A stretch of 64,000 nt of DNA, taken from Balanoglossus misakiensis (lineage: Eukaryota; Animalia; Hemichordata). Position 1 is the stretch's first letter; each line of letters begins with the position of its first letter. Both the position numbers and the translations under genes were made by a program. Location of the stretch: positions 3,598,156 through 3,662,155 of the forward strand of contig CM082588.2 of the NCBI GenBank assembly GCA_040954595.2. Reading direction: 5' to 3'. Under the pieces are notes generated by a model that was given only the letters and a program-made list of their open reading frames with translations, did not search any database and was not told the DNA's origin. Positions 45,044 through 60,000 of this stretch are shown here, piece after piece.

Positions 45044-47978
45044 CCCCAGAACTAACAAGAAAATTTTCATTTCTTTTCACTTGATCAGTCACTCTGGAAG
45101 TTTTTAAATTAGTTACTTTTTAGGCTGCTTCAAAACATAAGGAACAAACAACTAGACAAACAGAAAAGAGGTTAAAAGGCATTATGGATTTTTTACTCCA
45201 AGAACTAAATCATGGAACTATGAAAATTCTCATCTCTTTTTCTATTGGTCCACGGACAACATGTGACATATCAGATGTCATTCTTTGAAAGAATAAAATG
45301 AAATCTACATTTTTCAATTTCAATTTAATGCCAAATAGAAATATATTTTATATGAACAGAAATCATTGGAAAAATTCATGAACCATATTGAGATAGAATT
45401 CTGCTCTCAAAAGGATGTAAATTTAAAAAAAAAACTGAATGAAGAATTGTAAGATAACAAGATTTTAAAGACCCTTCTTTGGCATGCAGCTCATTTGCAA
45501 GATTTAGAAAAGAAATGCTGACTACACCTTTCTACATACAAGCTGAATTTTATCGCCAATTTCAGTGTTTATTGCGGGTACATTTTGGCAAAATTTCCTT
45601 CTGGTTCACCTCGTCAAGTATTTATTTGAATTTTGTGCTATGTATATGAGAACATTCAATTTTTCTCATGGTTTACATTCAGGTCCCTTTCATCTGATAA
45701 TTATTCTATAAATGACCCAAGACCAACATTTGTTGATGTGTCTGCGTATCAACGCACAATTTTCTCGTTTGTTTTCTATCTTGTCTACTGTCGAGTCTAT
45801 TTTCCTTTACAAACTGCAGTAATATAGTAAAGATAATAAAAACAACCTTTTTGGATGACTGACATGTATTATTTGCCACACCAAAAGGTAAATGCCATGT
45901 TTGGCAGTAAGTGTGCTGTGATGAGGGCATACTTCTCTGGCATGAGTATCCAGTTTACAAGTGAACGACCTGAACAACACACTGTCGTGCATGTACTCAT
46001 TAAGCTAAGGGGTACACTTCTGTACACAGAACTGATGGCAGGCATATTTCAACCATTGGACTCTGTTCATTCCTGCACTCAGTTGCTCAACATTATCAAC
46101 AAATTAGTAAAACATTGCCCAACTGTCAGTGGCTTGATTAACTGACCTGCAAATCACTGTCCGCTCCTTGTAGGCGCTGAAATCCTGAAGGTGGAGTTTG
46201 ACAAGTCTCATGTCGTTTGAAAAGCAGCAAGACCACATGCTGTACAGCCTCCTTTGCTAAGGGGTCCTGTAGGCACACCAGGTGTGGTGTATGGACTCCT
46301 TAACTGAGCATAGAGAAAGAAGCAATTTCCATGAAAACAGATGAACACTGTACACCTTTACACGAACAAGAATCCCTACACTGTGTACTAGGGTACCATA
46401 ATCTTTGGAACTCTAACAGTGTAAATCAACACACACTACAGACAAGTTTTGTGATAATTATTCTATACTTCTCAGTTTTACATTTGAAGGATTATTTACA
46501 GACGGTAAAGTTTGCATTTTGAAATTCTCTGAAGGTAACTCTCCCTCTGGTGTAAAAGTTGCATGTGTGCAACAATAAAATTTTACTCTGCCATGAAATG
46601 TTACATCACACTTTGCAGGGATAAAGGTTAAAAATATATCTATGCATCAATTTATAGTAAAGGCCCATGAGATGATTATGCATGTAGCAGGAGCAATGAA
46701 AACATAAATTACATGTAAATTATAACAAGGTGGCTATTTGCATACTTGTCATCTGTCTTGACCAATCAGAACAGCCGAGAGCCTATCTGACCAATTAGAC
46801 TCAGCATCCACCAAATTTGCATGCCCTAACAGTTCAACAGATGTAACAATGTCTAAAGACCATGACTTTACATAATCAGGAGATAACAACAAAATGTCTA
46901 ACCAAACTTTATACCAGCAAAAATAAAATAAATATCAAAGCGAAATAATAACTGACAGTCTATTGAACTTAATTTTCAAATTAAATAAATTATGCATGAC
47001 ATTTAAAATTACAATACAGAACTTAACTGAACAGAAATAACATAAAAGAATAACAGGATTATTGTAAATATTTACATTAAAATTTGTAAATTTATCACCA
47101 AATCATAACACATTTCAACAGATGGAAAATGAGTGTTTTCAGAGAAGTATATAGTCTACTATGCAGATGTCAAAATTAAGCAGATATGCAAAGCTTGATT
47201 TTGTCAAAGAGCTTTATAAACTTGTGGGGAATGGACTTTGAATTGAAACAATATTCTACAGCTTGATTTTTGTTACAGGGAAAAAACTGAGAAGGTTTCG
47301 ACAAACTGACCGTATTTTTAAAATTCCCTTCAACAGGATGTTTCCCAGAAAACCCTGCAACAGGCAAGAAAACCCCACTTGCAACATCTTACTCCATGTT
47401 TAAAAAGTAATTTGTGCGAATATATGGCCGGCTTTTGTCAACCATCACCCTCCATTATCTACTTTCAACCAATGGGATACATTCCCTATTCATGTCAAGA
47501 TTTAAAAGATCCAATCAGATCACATTTTCAACGAGAGATCTTTGACTGATTAGAATGATTTGATTCAATCATTATTATTACCACACTACCATTTATTGCC
47601 TAATCTTGCAAAGTGTTTATCTGCCTGTAACATCTAACCTACCAACACCATATCCAGTGCAGAAAACAATACTAACATCATTAGTCATTATTATTTAACA
47701 ATAATCTGTACACAAATGCTTCTATTTTCAGTACAGGACATGTACTGAAAGTGTCCAATGGCATTCTGTTTCGTTGACGTCATTAGATGACATTATAGAA
47801 TCATTTTCTTTCATGGTGAATTTGGACAGTCTTTCTCTGAGAAAAAATGTACTGACAAGTGTCATTTGGTCACTTTCATTGATTGGCTCACTGATTTACA
47901 GTAATCACCATACTAAATCATTGCGTAACTGTGCACAAATGTGGCATTCATTGATTGACTGACTGTCATTGATTTACT

Positions 47979-50900
47979 TCATTCGTCGTACTCATTCATG
48001 ATGAAATTGTACACGAATGTGGCTTTCTTTCTGGCAATCTGCTGTATGGCTGCCTGTCTTCTGGTCGGTGCGACCTGTGGAATCTCCTGCCCAGCAGGGG
48101 CCCTGAGAAACATGTCTCCAAACAGCGTCGCTGTTGGCAAAACAGGACATGACAATGTGGTAAAATGTAGTAGACTGGACAGGGACAGGTAAGGTTAATA
48201 TCTGTACACTAAGGAAAATTGAATAGTTTTTCAAAATGGTTTTCCCAGAATATGTACATGAGGTCAATATGCCATTTTCTAACGGTGACTGCTTTTGTAC
48301 AATTATGTTAATTTGTCCATGACACTCAACAACTTTGTGACATCATGGGTAGCTAGCTGTATAAAGACACTTACCAAGTGTTTTGGCATCTAATTTGTTG
48401 TCGTCAGAAAACTGAAGCAGCTCCCTCATGAAGGCTGTCAGATACTTGAAGACGTTCCTGTGACATTTTGGAATCTGTAGCAAGACCTGAAAGTCAAAAA
48501 ATACGAAAATGACTCATCCTTCCCCAATGTAACTGTTTGCTGGATTTTTAACACATTTGACAAAAACATCCTTAGGTTACCAACAGTACTGTCAAGAAAT
48601 GTGAATAGTTACTTACCTGTTTACACAAGACAAAGTTATTTGCGCAGTCCAGACATTTCTGGTAGTAGGCATAGGGGATGACAGGTTCCCGCAGTGCAGA
48701 AATAAACACTAACAAGGCCTCTGCTATGGACGTTATGCTACCAGCTGAGAGATTGTTAAGGTTACATACGTTTTAAATAATCCTATTAGGACAGAGATTG
48801 CTGAAATATTAGTTGATACATGTAAAACAATCACATCTTATACATTATAGAATGATCAATTGAACTCTGTTATATTTCATATTTGACCCTCGCACCGTGA
48901 CCCCTAGTGACCTATGACCCCCCATGACCTAGCCACAGTTCAAGGATACGTAGCTCATCTGGCATACCAGTGTCTAAACAATCCCTGATTTGTAAAAGTT
49001 CTGTGTGCAGACCTCCTTGGCTGAACAGATTCTCCTGTGATTAAAAAAAGCAAACAAAATATGAGTAAGAAGTTTTTTTAACATTTGTCACATGTAAAGT
49101 TCATCATGATTTGCATATTAATTTTTTTAGCATCAACAAGAAAGTCTTTCCAACTTACAGTTTTCGTTCCGTATCGGAACAGGCGATCGACAAGCATCCA
49201 GATTTCCTTGGGAATATCAAAGGCTTGGAACTGAGCTTCCACCGACTGCATAGAGTTGGTTGGATCTTTCTCCTGATAGGAAGAATAGGAATAAATAAAT
49301 AAAATAAATACCAAGGATTTTGTGTATGAGCACCTTGGCACAGTGATACACTTACAGTACCAAAAGCGCAGTTTTCTGTCACCTTACCATTTCGATTAGC
49401 ACCTCATGTGGTATTTCTCGGATTGGCCCATGCATTCTGACCAGAGCCTCGATGGACGCACCAAAACAACTCGGGATATAGTTACCGGTTATCGAGACGT
49501 GACGTGTGTTAAAGAAAAAAACATCATGGAACCAGTTTGAGTACTATCCTTATACCGCATTACAAAAATATGACAATGAGACAAGTAGCTTTTCCCTGTA
49601 CACTTCCTACATAATAACTTGACACCTATTTAGGAAAGGATATGAAGAAGTCTTTGCCTCCATCAAGATGCAGTATCAAGATGTCTTCTAGTTTTTCTTC
49701 TATATTCACCGACGATGCAGTTGTCTTGTCAACAGCAGCAATGATGGTGACTTCCACCTTATCACCTGTATAAGTTCAAAGGTCACAAAAGATAAAAATT
49801 CTCATAAGCATTAATTAAAAAAAGACCTTCATTTATTGTGCATGAATTTGGGAGACTTTGACTGAAGTAATCTTGATCTTCAAGATCAGTGTGAAAGTGA
49901 AGTTCAGTGTAAGATCAACTTCATACAATTTGTAAAGATGATGGTCTTTTTTTACCTGGCATGATGAAGCACATGGATGGTTCAACTCTGAGCCATGGCT
50001 TGCAGTACGACGTATCGTTCAATTTATTGATGAATTCAAACTGGACAGGAACCTGACCCGTGTTGGTCACTTCCAGGATTTGCGACTGTTCCTCCATGAA
50101 CATCACATCATTGAAATTAAACTGAAATGTAAAATCATGGAAGTTTCATAATTGGAGCTGATAGAACGCCATGATAAACTGTAATTTTTTCTTGTAAAAT
50201 GTTTGTAATTGTATCTAAAATATTGTTATTTGAAAAGATTTGCTCTTTACTCCATCAGTGCAAGAAGGTCGTAAGTGACAGATAAAACACATTCTGTTCC
50301 AAGACATAAAATCTTACAGTGGATTGGCTACAAAATCATGCAAAATACAGTGTCTTACGTCTAGTTTGCTGAGCGACACCTGTGGCAGAAATTCATTCTC
50401 CAGCCTGTCCAACTGTCTGATAACGTCTTCGTAAACTTTCTTGTATTGTTTCTGGTTGACTGTTTTCACCTGTGACAAAATCAGATAAGATTCACACATT
50501 CAAAGACGAACATTTCTACTGACCGATGCAAAAAGCAAAAATACTGGGCAAAATATTCACACATCTTGGCGGGAAACTTTGGCAGCAGACAAGATGATTT
50601 TCTTACCTGCACATTAAATATACTACTGACAGGTTTGTGATCGCTGAGTTTCAGTGACATGTGATTTCTGTATAGCACCTGCGTGACATCCAAACCTTTG
50701 TACAATATTCTATCACACCACGCTGGCGCTCTGCATTTCTCACTGTAGGAATAAACAAAGTACAGAATCACACGCTACAATACCATATTGCTAGAATATT
50801 AAGTTTACATTCACATGTAATGGGGCTGATTTCGAGGTCAGGTAGGGGTCAGAAAACAGGTCTGATTTTTATTATATAAAACAAAACACTAACAAGTGAG

Positions 50901-53900
50901 CTAGTGTGTATTTCAATTCCTGCAAAATGAAACTCTCCTCCAGTTTCTAGATCCCCTTACACCTACCTTGTATCCCACAGATCAGTTCCAGTATCATATT
51001 TATACGTTGGAAAAAAAGTGATTTTACCCTCTGTGAAACCAACGAAGACCTTGTGAATTCTCATCTGTCTGTTCAACTGGAAATAAACACAGACAAAACA
51101 ATATTTTGATATCTGATAAATTGTAATGATCTATAGCTAACGTTTCTGGTCCATGGATTGAATCAACCACTATTCATTTACATACACCTCCCCTAGAATT
51201 ATGACCCATCTATTCTACTTTTGTCTATATCTTACCTGGTCAAACTCATAGAGTTTTTCTAATGCATTTCTATTAATTAGCGCCTTGACTTCATCGACTG
51301 GTAGCTCATGGATTCTGTAGTTGAGATCACCGAGCCAAAACACCACGCTGAAAGGAAGATAGGAATACAGTTTTATGGTAGTAGAAAGGGTCAACATGCA
51401 AAATTTGAATGTGACAGCAAAATTCTCTCAAATTTAAATTTCAAAATGGCTGCCGCTCTATGTGTACATGGCGAGAAATCCAACCATCACACAACTTACT
51501 CGTGCTGCGAGATATGCAACGGAGAGCCGAACTCTTTAAACAACATCCTGGAACAGATGTCGTTGTAGTCCTGGTTCCGCCTCTCGTACTCTTCGACGTG
51601 CGCCGCTAAGTGTGAGTTGACGAAAATGAAAGTCGTGCTGTGGAAGACCAACCTCACACCGACACCACCTTTATTGCCCTGCAAGGAATATCACAACAGT
51701 ATGGATCACAAGAAGTTGTAACAATGAAATAATACACAGTGCTTGCATATTTGTCACGTACCATTTTACCCATGATTCCTGTCCCCACGGTCTCAGCTGC
51801 CACTTCTGTGATAAATTGATGGTGTTGTTCCTTGGCAAAGACAATCAACATCATCCCCACAAGTCGGATTAGCTTGACCTGAAAAACAGTGATGGAGAAA
51901 AAAAAACTGATCATCACTACCCTATACAACAGAATGGATTGTGCTGAGAAAAGTAGGGTTATACTATTCACAGAAATATGGGGGGTACTTGTATCATCTT
52001 ACTTTTTTGTACTGTGCTTTGTGATGAAGACCAGCCCGCACTTTCCTGTACCATTCCTCTTCCCGTGGAGAATCATTAAACAGGAAAGCTTCTTTGCTCA
52101 GATCTAATTCCTGGAATCCCACTGCGTAGATATCCGGTGGTTCTGCATCGCACGAAAGCCACTGACGGAGATCCTCCGATGGGACTTGGCCGTTTACATT
52201 CCATGTGCCGATGAATATCCTAATTAAAATAATACCCCTCAAAAAATCAATATGACAAATCCAGGCACAGATGAGGCTAAAAATTAAAAAATTACATACC
52301 ATTTGCTCGGTCTTCCATAAAATTATGCTGAAAGCAGATAAACATCACCTCTCTTCATGAAACCAGCTCATTTGCCTATATTTGGCAATGACAACTTCAT
52401 TTGAACAAAATCCCATCTACAGCCCGGCCAAATGGGACCGAAAAAAGTCTTAATAGTCTACTTTCTTGCTGGAGATACAGACGTACCTAAAAGGTTGTAA
52501 AACTGTGAATTCTTTGTCTCGCTTTGACATGTGGAGCCTAACGATTCCATCGCGTACGCCAATCCGGAGGGATTTGGAAGAGGTTGATCCCATTCCTTCC
52601 ATGACGTCTGAGACATTCCCACTCCCAGTGGGTTCTGGAAAGTCATCCGTACTGTTGACAAGAGACACAAAAATGAGTCAGCGTGTAAGTGGGAAAATGA
52701 ATAAATGAATGGACAAATGAATGATTGAAGGAAAGCAGCATTTCATTCCAATTAATCACAATTTTAGCTGAAATAAATTTCTGACCCGTGGTGACATTCT
52801 TTTTCATCTCCTGGCACAAAAAACATGATTTTCAGAAAAGGACAGAGAGACAACATTTCAATGTAACATGCAGTCATATAAACTATAATTAATATTACAC
52901 TATTATCAATAATTCATTAAAGATCAATAAATGAAATGCCTAATATGTCATGTCATCGTTTGCAGGATTCATTTTTTAAATTAGCATATGCAGTCATGTT
53001 CCTGATTCAGTAATTTGCATTTATTTAGATACATGCTAATATCCTCATAATGTTTGCTTACTTGAAAGTTCGCAGCCTTGAGTATAAATAATGAGATTGT
53101 ATTGTGAATAGATTGAATTGAAAGGCCAGTCAGGAAGAAGGAAATAATGAAAGACATCTGTGATAAATGGGTAAGGAAATGGCTTTCTCAGATCTTTGGA
53201 AATGACCAACACAATTATGAAAGGTTCTTTTTGTTAATTAACTCAATTAAAAGAGAGACTGTCTAGTGTCAGCCCTGAATGAGTGACAGTACAGGAAATA
53301 ATTTCTCAGTTTTGCTTACATTGACAAGGCACTGAATTAATTTCTACTGATTGAATTCAGAGCAGAATTTATTTCAATGGATTGTCAGAAATTTTTGCCT
53401 CATTGTCTGACTGCCAATTATTGTCATGAACTGTTGTGTAATTGATACTATCATGACAAACTCTAAATGACTTACGATGCTGTGAGACTATCCCTTGAGC
53501 TTAGACTTTCTCTGGATACATTACTCAGAGGTCTCTGGCTGCCTTCGGAATGGTGATCTTTCACTGGCAAGTCGGCAAAATTATCATCGAAGCCGCTCTC
53601 ACCTTCAGTAACTGAAAGATGAGTGAAATTATTTGAATTCAAAATATGTCAGAGTTGTAGAACTTTCTTCTCTCTGTACTAAACACAAGTCATGCATATT
53701 TTTTCAAAAATATTATTGTAGCTCAACAAAACTTACAAGCGACTGGAGTTGTACCGTCACTGTTTGGAGTTATCACACTGGACCACGGCCAGTCTGTGCA
53801 GAAAAAAACAACAAACAAATATTATCAGAAATGGAAACATAAAAGATAATATGAGTACCACCATACCCCATTCCTGACAGAGGAATATGTGTGGTCTGTT

Positions 53901-55921
53901 TGAGTCTAAAGTTCAATAAGTAAACAATGAAATTTTTTGAAAAGGTGAAAATTGTGAGCGAAATATTCCTACAGGTGGAGTCAGTACCTTGTTGCTGTAT
54001 GTTGTGTTGCTGTTGCTCGTCTGATGCAGTGACTTCCCTGACTGTCGGAATAAATTCCTCCAGCCCACCAAACAGCGACTGATTGGATTCCAGGATCTGT
54101 TGTCTGTAGCGATCCACCCACTGGAACGACGTCATCTCGGAACCCGCTGTCTGCAGAAACACTGCAGCATACAAAACAAGACATTGTCAGAAAACCAATC
54201 AACGGATAAAAATCATTTCTAATTTACAAGGCATTTACCAATGTTCCCCAGCCTTGGCAAAAACACTGTGAAGTCAAACTGGAGTCAAATTTAAACTTGG
54301 TTCAACACTTACTGCCCATTGCTTTGTTGACTTCATTTAAAAAGATACTGGTCTTCGATCCGAACGGCAATTCGAAAACCACATCGGTCTCACTTGTAGT
54401 GATCCTCACAGGGACATCAGCCCCTGGAAGTGCTGTGAGAGATTCTGATTCTGTGAGCAAAAAACAATCAATGCAACATTAGAGTGATGAAGAACAAAAA
54501 TATTTCAAATAAAGTCGAAAGTTACAGCTAATGTCTCTTTAATTGTGTCACTTACCAACTTTGCACACAAAGTCTCCTTTGATTGGCAGAGCCGTTTCCA
54601 AGGCAACATCCTCCTCACATATGACAGGTGTCTTTTTACAAGTATAGATAAATAATCTTCAAAGAGAAATAAAGAAAGACATATAATTTTACACATATCC
54701 ATACAGCTTACATAAAAGGTTGTTTACAAATACAGTTGACTTTTGACACTTGGTAACATTAGTACCAGCATCCTTTGTGCCAAATAGAGATGAGTCAATA
54801 CACTGTTAGCATTTTAGGAAATAAAAGCCTTTGCTGCTGGTACTTACGCTCGTTCTCCGAGGCTGTCAACGATGGACAAGAGTCGACTGCTTCTCACCCA
54901 TTCCTGCACCAGTGCGGCCTCCACACAGTGAAAATGAGCAGTCAAGGAAAGTTCAAGAGATTTTAGCAAACTTTTGACATTATTTGAACAACGACACTAG
55001 CAGTAGATCGACTGATTATTCCTGGCACTCACACCCTGACACTATTAATATGTTGTTCCTACTGTCCTGATCGCTTGACATAATTTCAATATCAAAGTGT
55101 CAAAGTCCACTATACACGCTGTCTGGACTATTAAACTAGGGTTTCCATATTGGCCATAATGGTCATGCTATTTATATTTGGTACGTAATTACATACAACA
55201 GCAGCAACAGGCAACAACTGTTACTGGTGTAGAATTGCTACATTACATAAGTTCCTGGTTGTTTTGCACACCCAAAAAACAATAGGCTGGGGCCATACAG
55301 GGCAATCCTGTTGCCACAGGTTTCATATGGGCACCTGTCGGAACCATCACATCTGAGCATGTTCAGACAAATACTAGTGTGTGATTTCAGTTCACTGTGG
55401 TTTATTATGTTATTGTTGGTGGTATTTCACACCGTTTGGTCTGAATTGTGATGGTGAGTGAAATGTAAGCAAGACAATAGGCACTTCTCTTACAATGGTA
55501 TTATTTCACCAACACAGCACATGGCATCTGAATTATACATCACCCATAGAGTTTTATCACACCAGAGTTGTCTAGTTAAATCCAACATACTCATAGGGGA
55601 TTGCATGGGTACTAGTGATCTCACCAGTTAACCTGTACATTGTTACATTGATGGGCCATACCATTATTACACACCCCAGAAAAAATAATGATCTATCATA
55701 GACAGTAGAAAAGAAACTACTGTCTATGATCTAATCAATTATAAACTGGGGTAACAAATACTGTTATAAAATAAACATTCATATTAATCACCAGCTTAAC
55801 ATCACTGGCCCATCATTGATGTTCCTCTAATGGGTTGTTTAGATCACTTTATGAACAAGGATATGGTGATACAGCGTTCGCCAGGGTTGAGGCTTTCCTG
55901 CACAGCTACGGACGCATCCAT
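47979..55921 (-). CDS. INPP5B: Inositol polyphosphate 5-phosphatase INPP5B/OCRL pro-orthologue (PH, 5-phosphatase, ASH and RhoGAP-like domains), multi-exon
   Basis: Start [19 protein letters not shown] (55865-55921); [55 protein letters not shown]; ASH domain [12 protein letters not shown]; RhoGAP-like [10 protein letters not shown]; ends FIMNEYDE* at 47979. Confidence 0.95.
48745..48949 (-). other. U12-type GT-AG intron
   Basis: 5' splice site GTATCCTTG, branch site ACCTTAAC close to the CTCAG acceptor; phase-1 junction within Pro of ..PDELPGSI.. keeps the frame. Confidence 0.88.
49499..49643 (-). other. U12-type AT-AC intron
   Basis: 5' splice site ATATCCTTT, branch site TTCTTTAAC, 3' splice site GTCAC; joins ..GKDFF|VSITGNY.. 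in frame. Confidence 0.9.
54928..55864 (-). other. U12-type AT-AC intron (first coding intron of INPP5B/OCRL)
   Basis: 5' splice site ATATCCTTG, branch site TTCCTTGAC, 3' splice site TTTCAC; joins ..RCIT|CVEAAL.. in frame. Confidence 0.9.
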
Positions 55922-57030
55922 TTCAGCTCGCCAGATGTTCTCTTACAATAATACTATTGATTGTAAGATCGCAGAGAATCGGTAAGGAATTACGCTAGAA
56001 TTCAGATACATATACATGTATTCTTGATGTCCTGGGGTGGTCGGATGCGATGGTATACAGCACAGAGAAGTCCAGTGTTGTTGTAATGTATTCCGCGTAC
56101 GCGTACTGTAATAGGCAACGTACAGGGGACTCGGAAACAGCTGATACCGGACGATTACCAGGAAAAGATACAATCCACGGGTTCCCGACGATCCAGCTAT
56201 ACAAAGTTGGTCCGACTGTACAATAAAAACATCCTATACCTTCCGATCACCATTAAGTCCACCGTACTCTACATAGGCAGGAACAATCGTTGGACATAGT
56301 GGGAGGAGTGGTCATTTGTTGCAGACGGCGGCCATATTGGATAGGAGTTGCTTGAAGGAGTCGATAGAGGGCAGTGTTGTATAGCAAACTGTTCGGTCCA
56401 ACAGGGTCTGAATATTATTGAATTTACTGATATCCGGCTAAATTTTCAAACATCGCAGAGTCTTTGACCCGTTTGGGATAATGTTGAGGTTACATTGGGT
56501 TGGTTGAATGTCTGTTCCATTGTATGTACAGGTTTCACTGCCCAGTCAATCAATCACTCTCACTCAATGCACTCACAAAAAACATACAATTTTATATGTA
56601 ACAAAAAAGCCAATAATGTTTATTTCTTCAAGGGGAAAATTCGGCTACATTACAAATTGATATTGAAATCAGATAATTTCACAAGAAGGTACATAATCTA
56701 CGTGCAATAGGGATGTATACACACTGACTCATTGGATGTATCTTCCTGTTATTTAAGGCAGTTAGGACATTTTCCCTCTGGGTCACAATTCACGGAATAT
56801 CTGCAACCACAAGTTTTATTTGTTTACATTCTCAATAATTCTCTGGAATGTTATAAGATGACTTGTCTTTTGGATGTGGAAAAGTTGCCACACAAGATCA
56901 GGGGTCTTTGTACAAAGTCCATGCTGTGAAAATAATGTTCAGAAATAGTGTGATCTGTGCAGCTGTCGCAGTTTCAGGATGCAAAGTTTCCTGTCAGATA
57001 AAAAGGCTGTTTCAAATTTGTGGATAAAAT

Positions 57031-60000
57031 CTACAGAAGTCCTTGTCTCTTCAAGTCATCAAACGTCTTCTTGTTGACAACGTTCCCGCTGGAGTCTTCA
57101 AATTCTTCCTGTTGAGACAATCAAAAATAGCGTCAATGACAAAGGTGCTACCATTTTGATTAGAAATGATTCAACAATTATGCGTTGTAATATTTGATGA
57201 AGACTAGCAGTTATGACATTCTCACCTCTGTATCAGGTTGCCATCTTTCTGTCTGTTTGTTATTCTTCAATTTTTGCCATACTGAAACAAAACATTGCAA
57301 ACATAAACATCATCATAATATTGAATGATTCACAACATGAAAAATAAACCGATCTCATCCCAGTTAATCAAAACTCAAATATATAATTTTTTCCAATTCA
57401 AGACAACAAATACCAGTGCATTGATACTTACATGCGACTGCATCTTCTATGAGTGTAACATTCGCAAAGTGGGCAGTGTTCGGAATTCCAAGACATCGCA
57501 TACCATGGGCATGACGCCATTCCTACAAGAGCAACAATAATTCTGTGTTATTAACATTCGCTTGATCCATGGTCAGCGACTAGACCATCACACGTCAACT
57601 GCAAACCAATACTAACAACAATCTGCAAACGCAACAGAATCGCAATGATACACTTACAGCAAAATGTCTCTGGAATGCCTTGGGCCCTCTGTAGACATGA
57701 TTACCACAGATCTCACAGCTGTAGCTGATGTTCAACCCATGGAGTTTATACAGCCAATAGGGTATAGGTTTACCGTCCCATCCCAGGGGTAAATTCTTTG
57801 GATTATAGATGACTTCATCTTCATCGTCCTCGCTTTCACTGTCGCTGAATGTCTCTTCTTCTTCCTCTTCACGTTCTGTGTCGGTCCTGGCTTGTTTACG
57901 TTGTACGTTCTCCACTGTTGATAGTCTTTGCTCCTGGAACACAGAACAGAAAGTTTCAGTATTTTTGTCCAATATATCAATTGCAGTCTCGTGTTCGGAT
58001 CACTAATGCACAATGAAATCAAAAGTGAATGAATTGCTCTGTTACCTACCCCAAGAATTTCAGTAAGTCTGTAGACCTGGGATTCTAGAAACGCAATATC
58101 CTTTTGTTTCTCTGTATTGTCTTTACTGCAACAAAACAAGAGAAATAGGGTAGAATCAGCATCACAATTTAGTATGTTCAGTGGGTGAAAGTGACATTTG
58201 TTAAGGGCCATTATTTATCCATAGACTTACTTTCTGCCAGCTTTTCCTGGTTTACTTTTAGCAAACATGTTTGGATCCAGCTCAACTAGAGACTTGCCCT
58301 TTGTAGCAAATAACCTCTGAGCACGCTCCTCGAGAGTTCTGGGGGAAAAGGAAATAAATACATAATGAAATTCTGCAGCACAAAATTATATTATCAAAAT
58401 GTGAAATAGTTAGGCAACATCAAACACAGGCCTCTTGATGTGTCTGTGTGTACACTTACCCACCACACTTCAGTCCCAGAGCCATCAAAGCTGACTTCAA
58501 CCTGTCCAGACCAAGCGACGCCAATTCCTGTGAAATGAAACACAATTTGGTGATTAACTTCTAGTGTAACTATGCCAGCAGTGACCCACCTTTGGTAAAA
58601 TAAGCTGCAAATGATGCCACACGGATATTTGGAGACTAATACACACAATGGGCAATACTATATTGTCACAAATAATGGGTTAGATAGGGTAAAACTTACC
58701 TCAGGTGAGGAGAAAGCCGACAAGTCCAAGTGAGCACCAGCATGGGTCATCGCACTCATGGTTTCTTTCTGTGAAAAAAAATCATAATCCACAAATCATT
58801 CCAACATCTCCAAACAAACAGCACCACTCTTCAATCAAGGAAAGGCACCAGGAATGGACAGATTACGTTAAAGTGTACCAACCGGCCAGCCTGGAAAATT
58901 TCCGGAGTCCCACTGCTTCTGGAATTCCTTGTCCACTGTTTCTACTTCGTCAGATAAATCGAGTAACGGCTTCACCTTGCTGGCGTACTCCTGCAGGTAG
59001 TCTAACAGTGTGTCGAGATATCTGACAAGACAGAAAATAGAAAAGAAGCCCATTGAAAATACACATACTACTTTTTTTATTAATACAATCGCAAATATGC
59101 CAACGAAACTTCCTCGGCCAGAATTTTGAAGAAAACAGCCACAGACACGTAGCTTTCACAATAAAGACAATGACATTTTAAAAATACCGAGTGACCACAA
59201 TACCTTCTGTAGTCAGCATTCAGTTTTCTCTCCTTCGGGATTTCAAATAATCTGTCAAACATCTGTAGGTAGGTGATGTAATCAATTTTCTGGAAGGGAA
59301 AAATGTTTTAATGATAAGAAATATGTGACAAAGCTAACCCAGGCTGGCCTTGGGCTATCCTAAAGACTATAGGAGACATAAACATCTAGTGTATGGGTAC
59401 ACACCAAAGATAACACATACCTCTATGTTTTTCAGATTGATAAATTTATGATAGCAATAATGCATGTCCAGGTATTTTCCGTAGCCTTCTTCATCTGTAA
59501 ATTCCACAACGTTGTTCATTTCTTCTGAGGGATTGTCCCGGGCCTTGCCGAGCTCTTCAAACTCCACTGACATAGGCACACATATCTGGAAACAAGGGGG
59601 TAACAAACTAACTTTCATCAAGCTGGTATAATGAAAACAAAAACATTATCTGTGAAACTGCCAGTCATTTATTGACTAATGGTCAGGTGCAAGACACACT
59701 TCATTCAAGCAAACATACCTCGTTTGGATGTTTCCTGTGAAACTCTTTGATGACTTTCAGTCTGTTGTAGAATTCCTGAAACTCATTTGGACCTGACAGC
59801 GCTTGTATTTCTTCTTTCCTGAGGCTAAGAAAACATGGTACAGAAAACAACAATTATTAATTAGTATACCCTAGTTTATGAATGACACATGTCAATACTG
59901 ACAAGACATAAATCTTTTTTTTGTGTGTATAGTGAGCCTCACCCATCTTTGTCTTCATACAGGTCTCGTAGCATGCTGGCACATTCCATTGATCTCTGCA

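Noticed and set aside
46145-46320. GC-richer block as an alternative (CaaX) last exon of INPP5B/OCRL
   Set aside because: No frame gives a homologous or CaaX-ending peptide.
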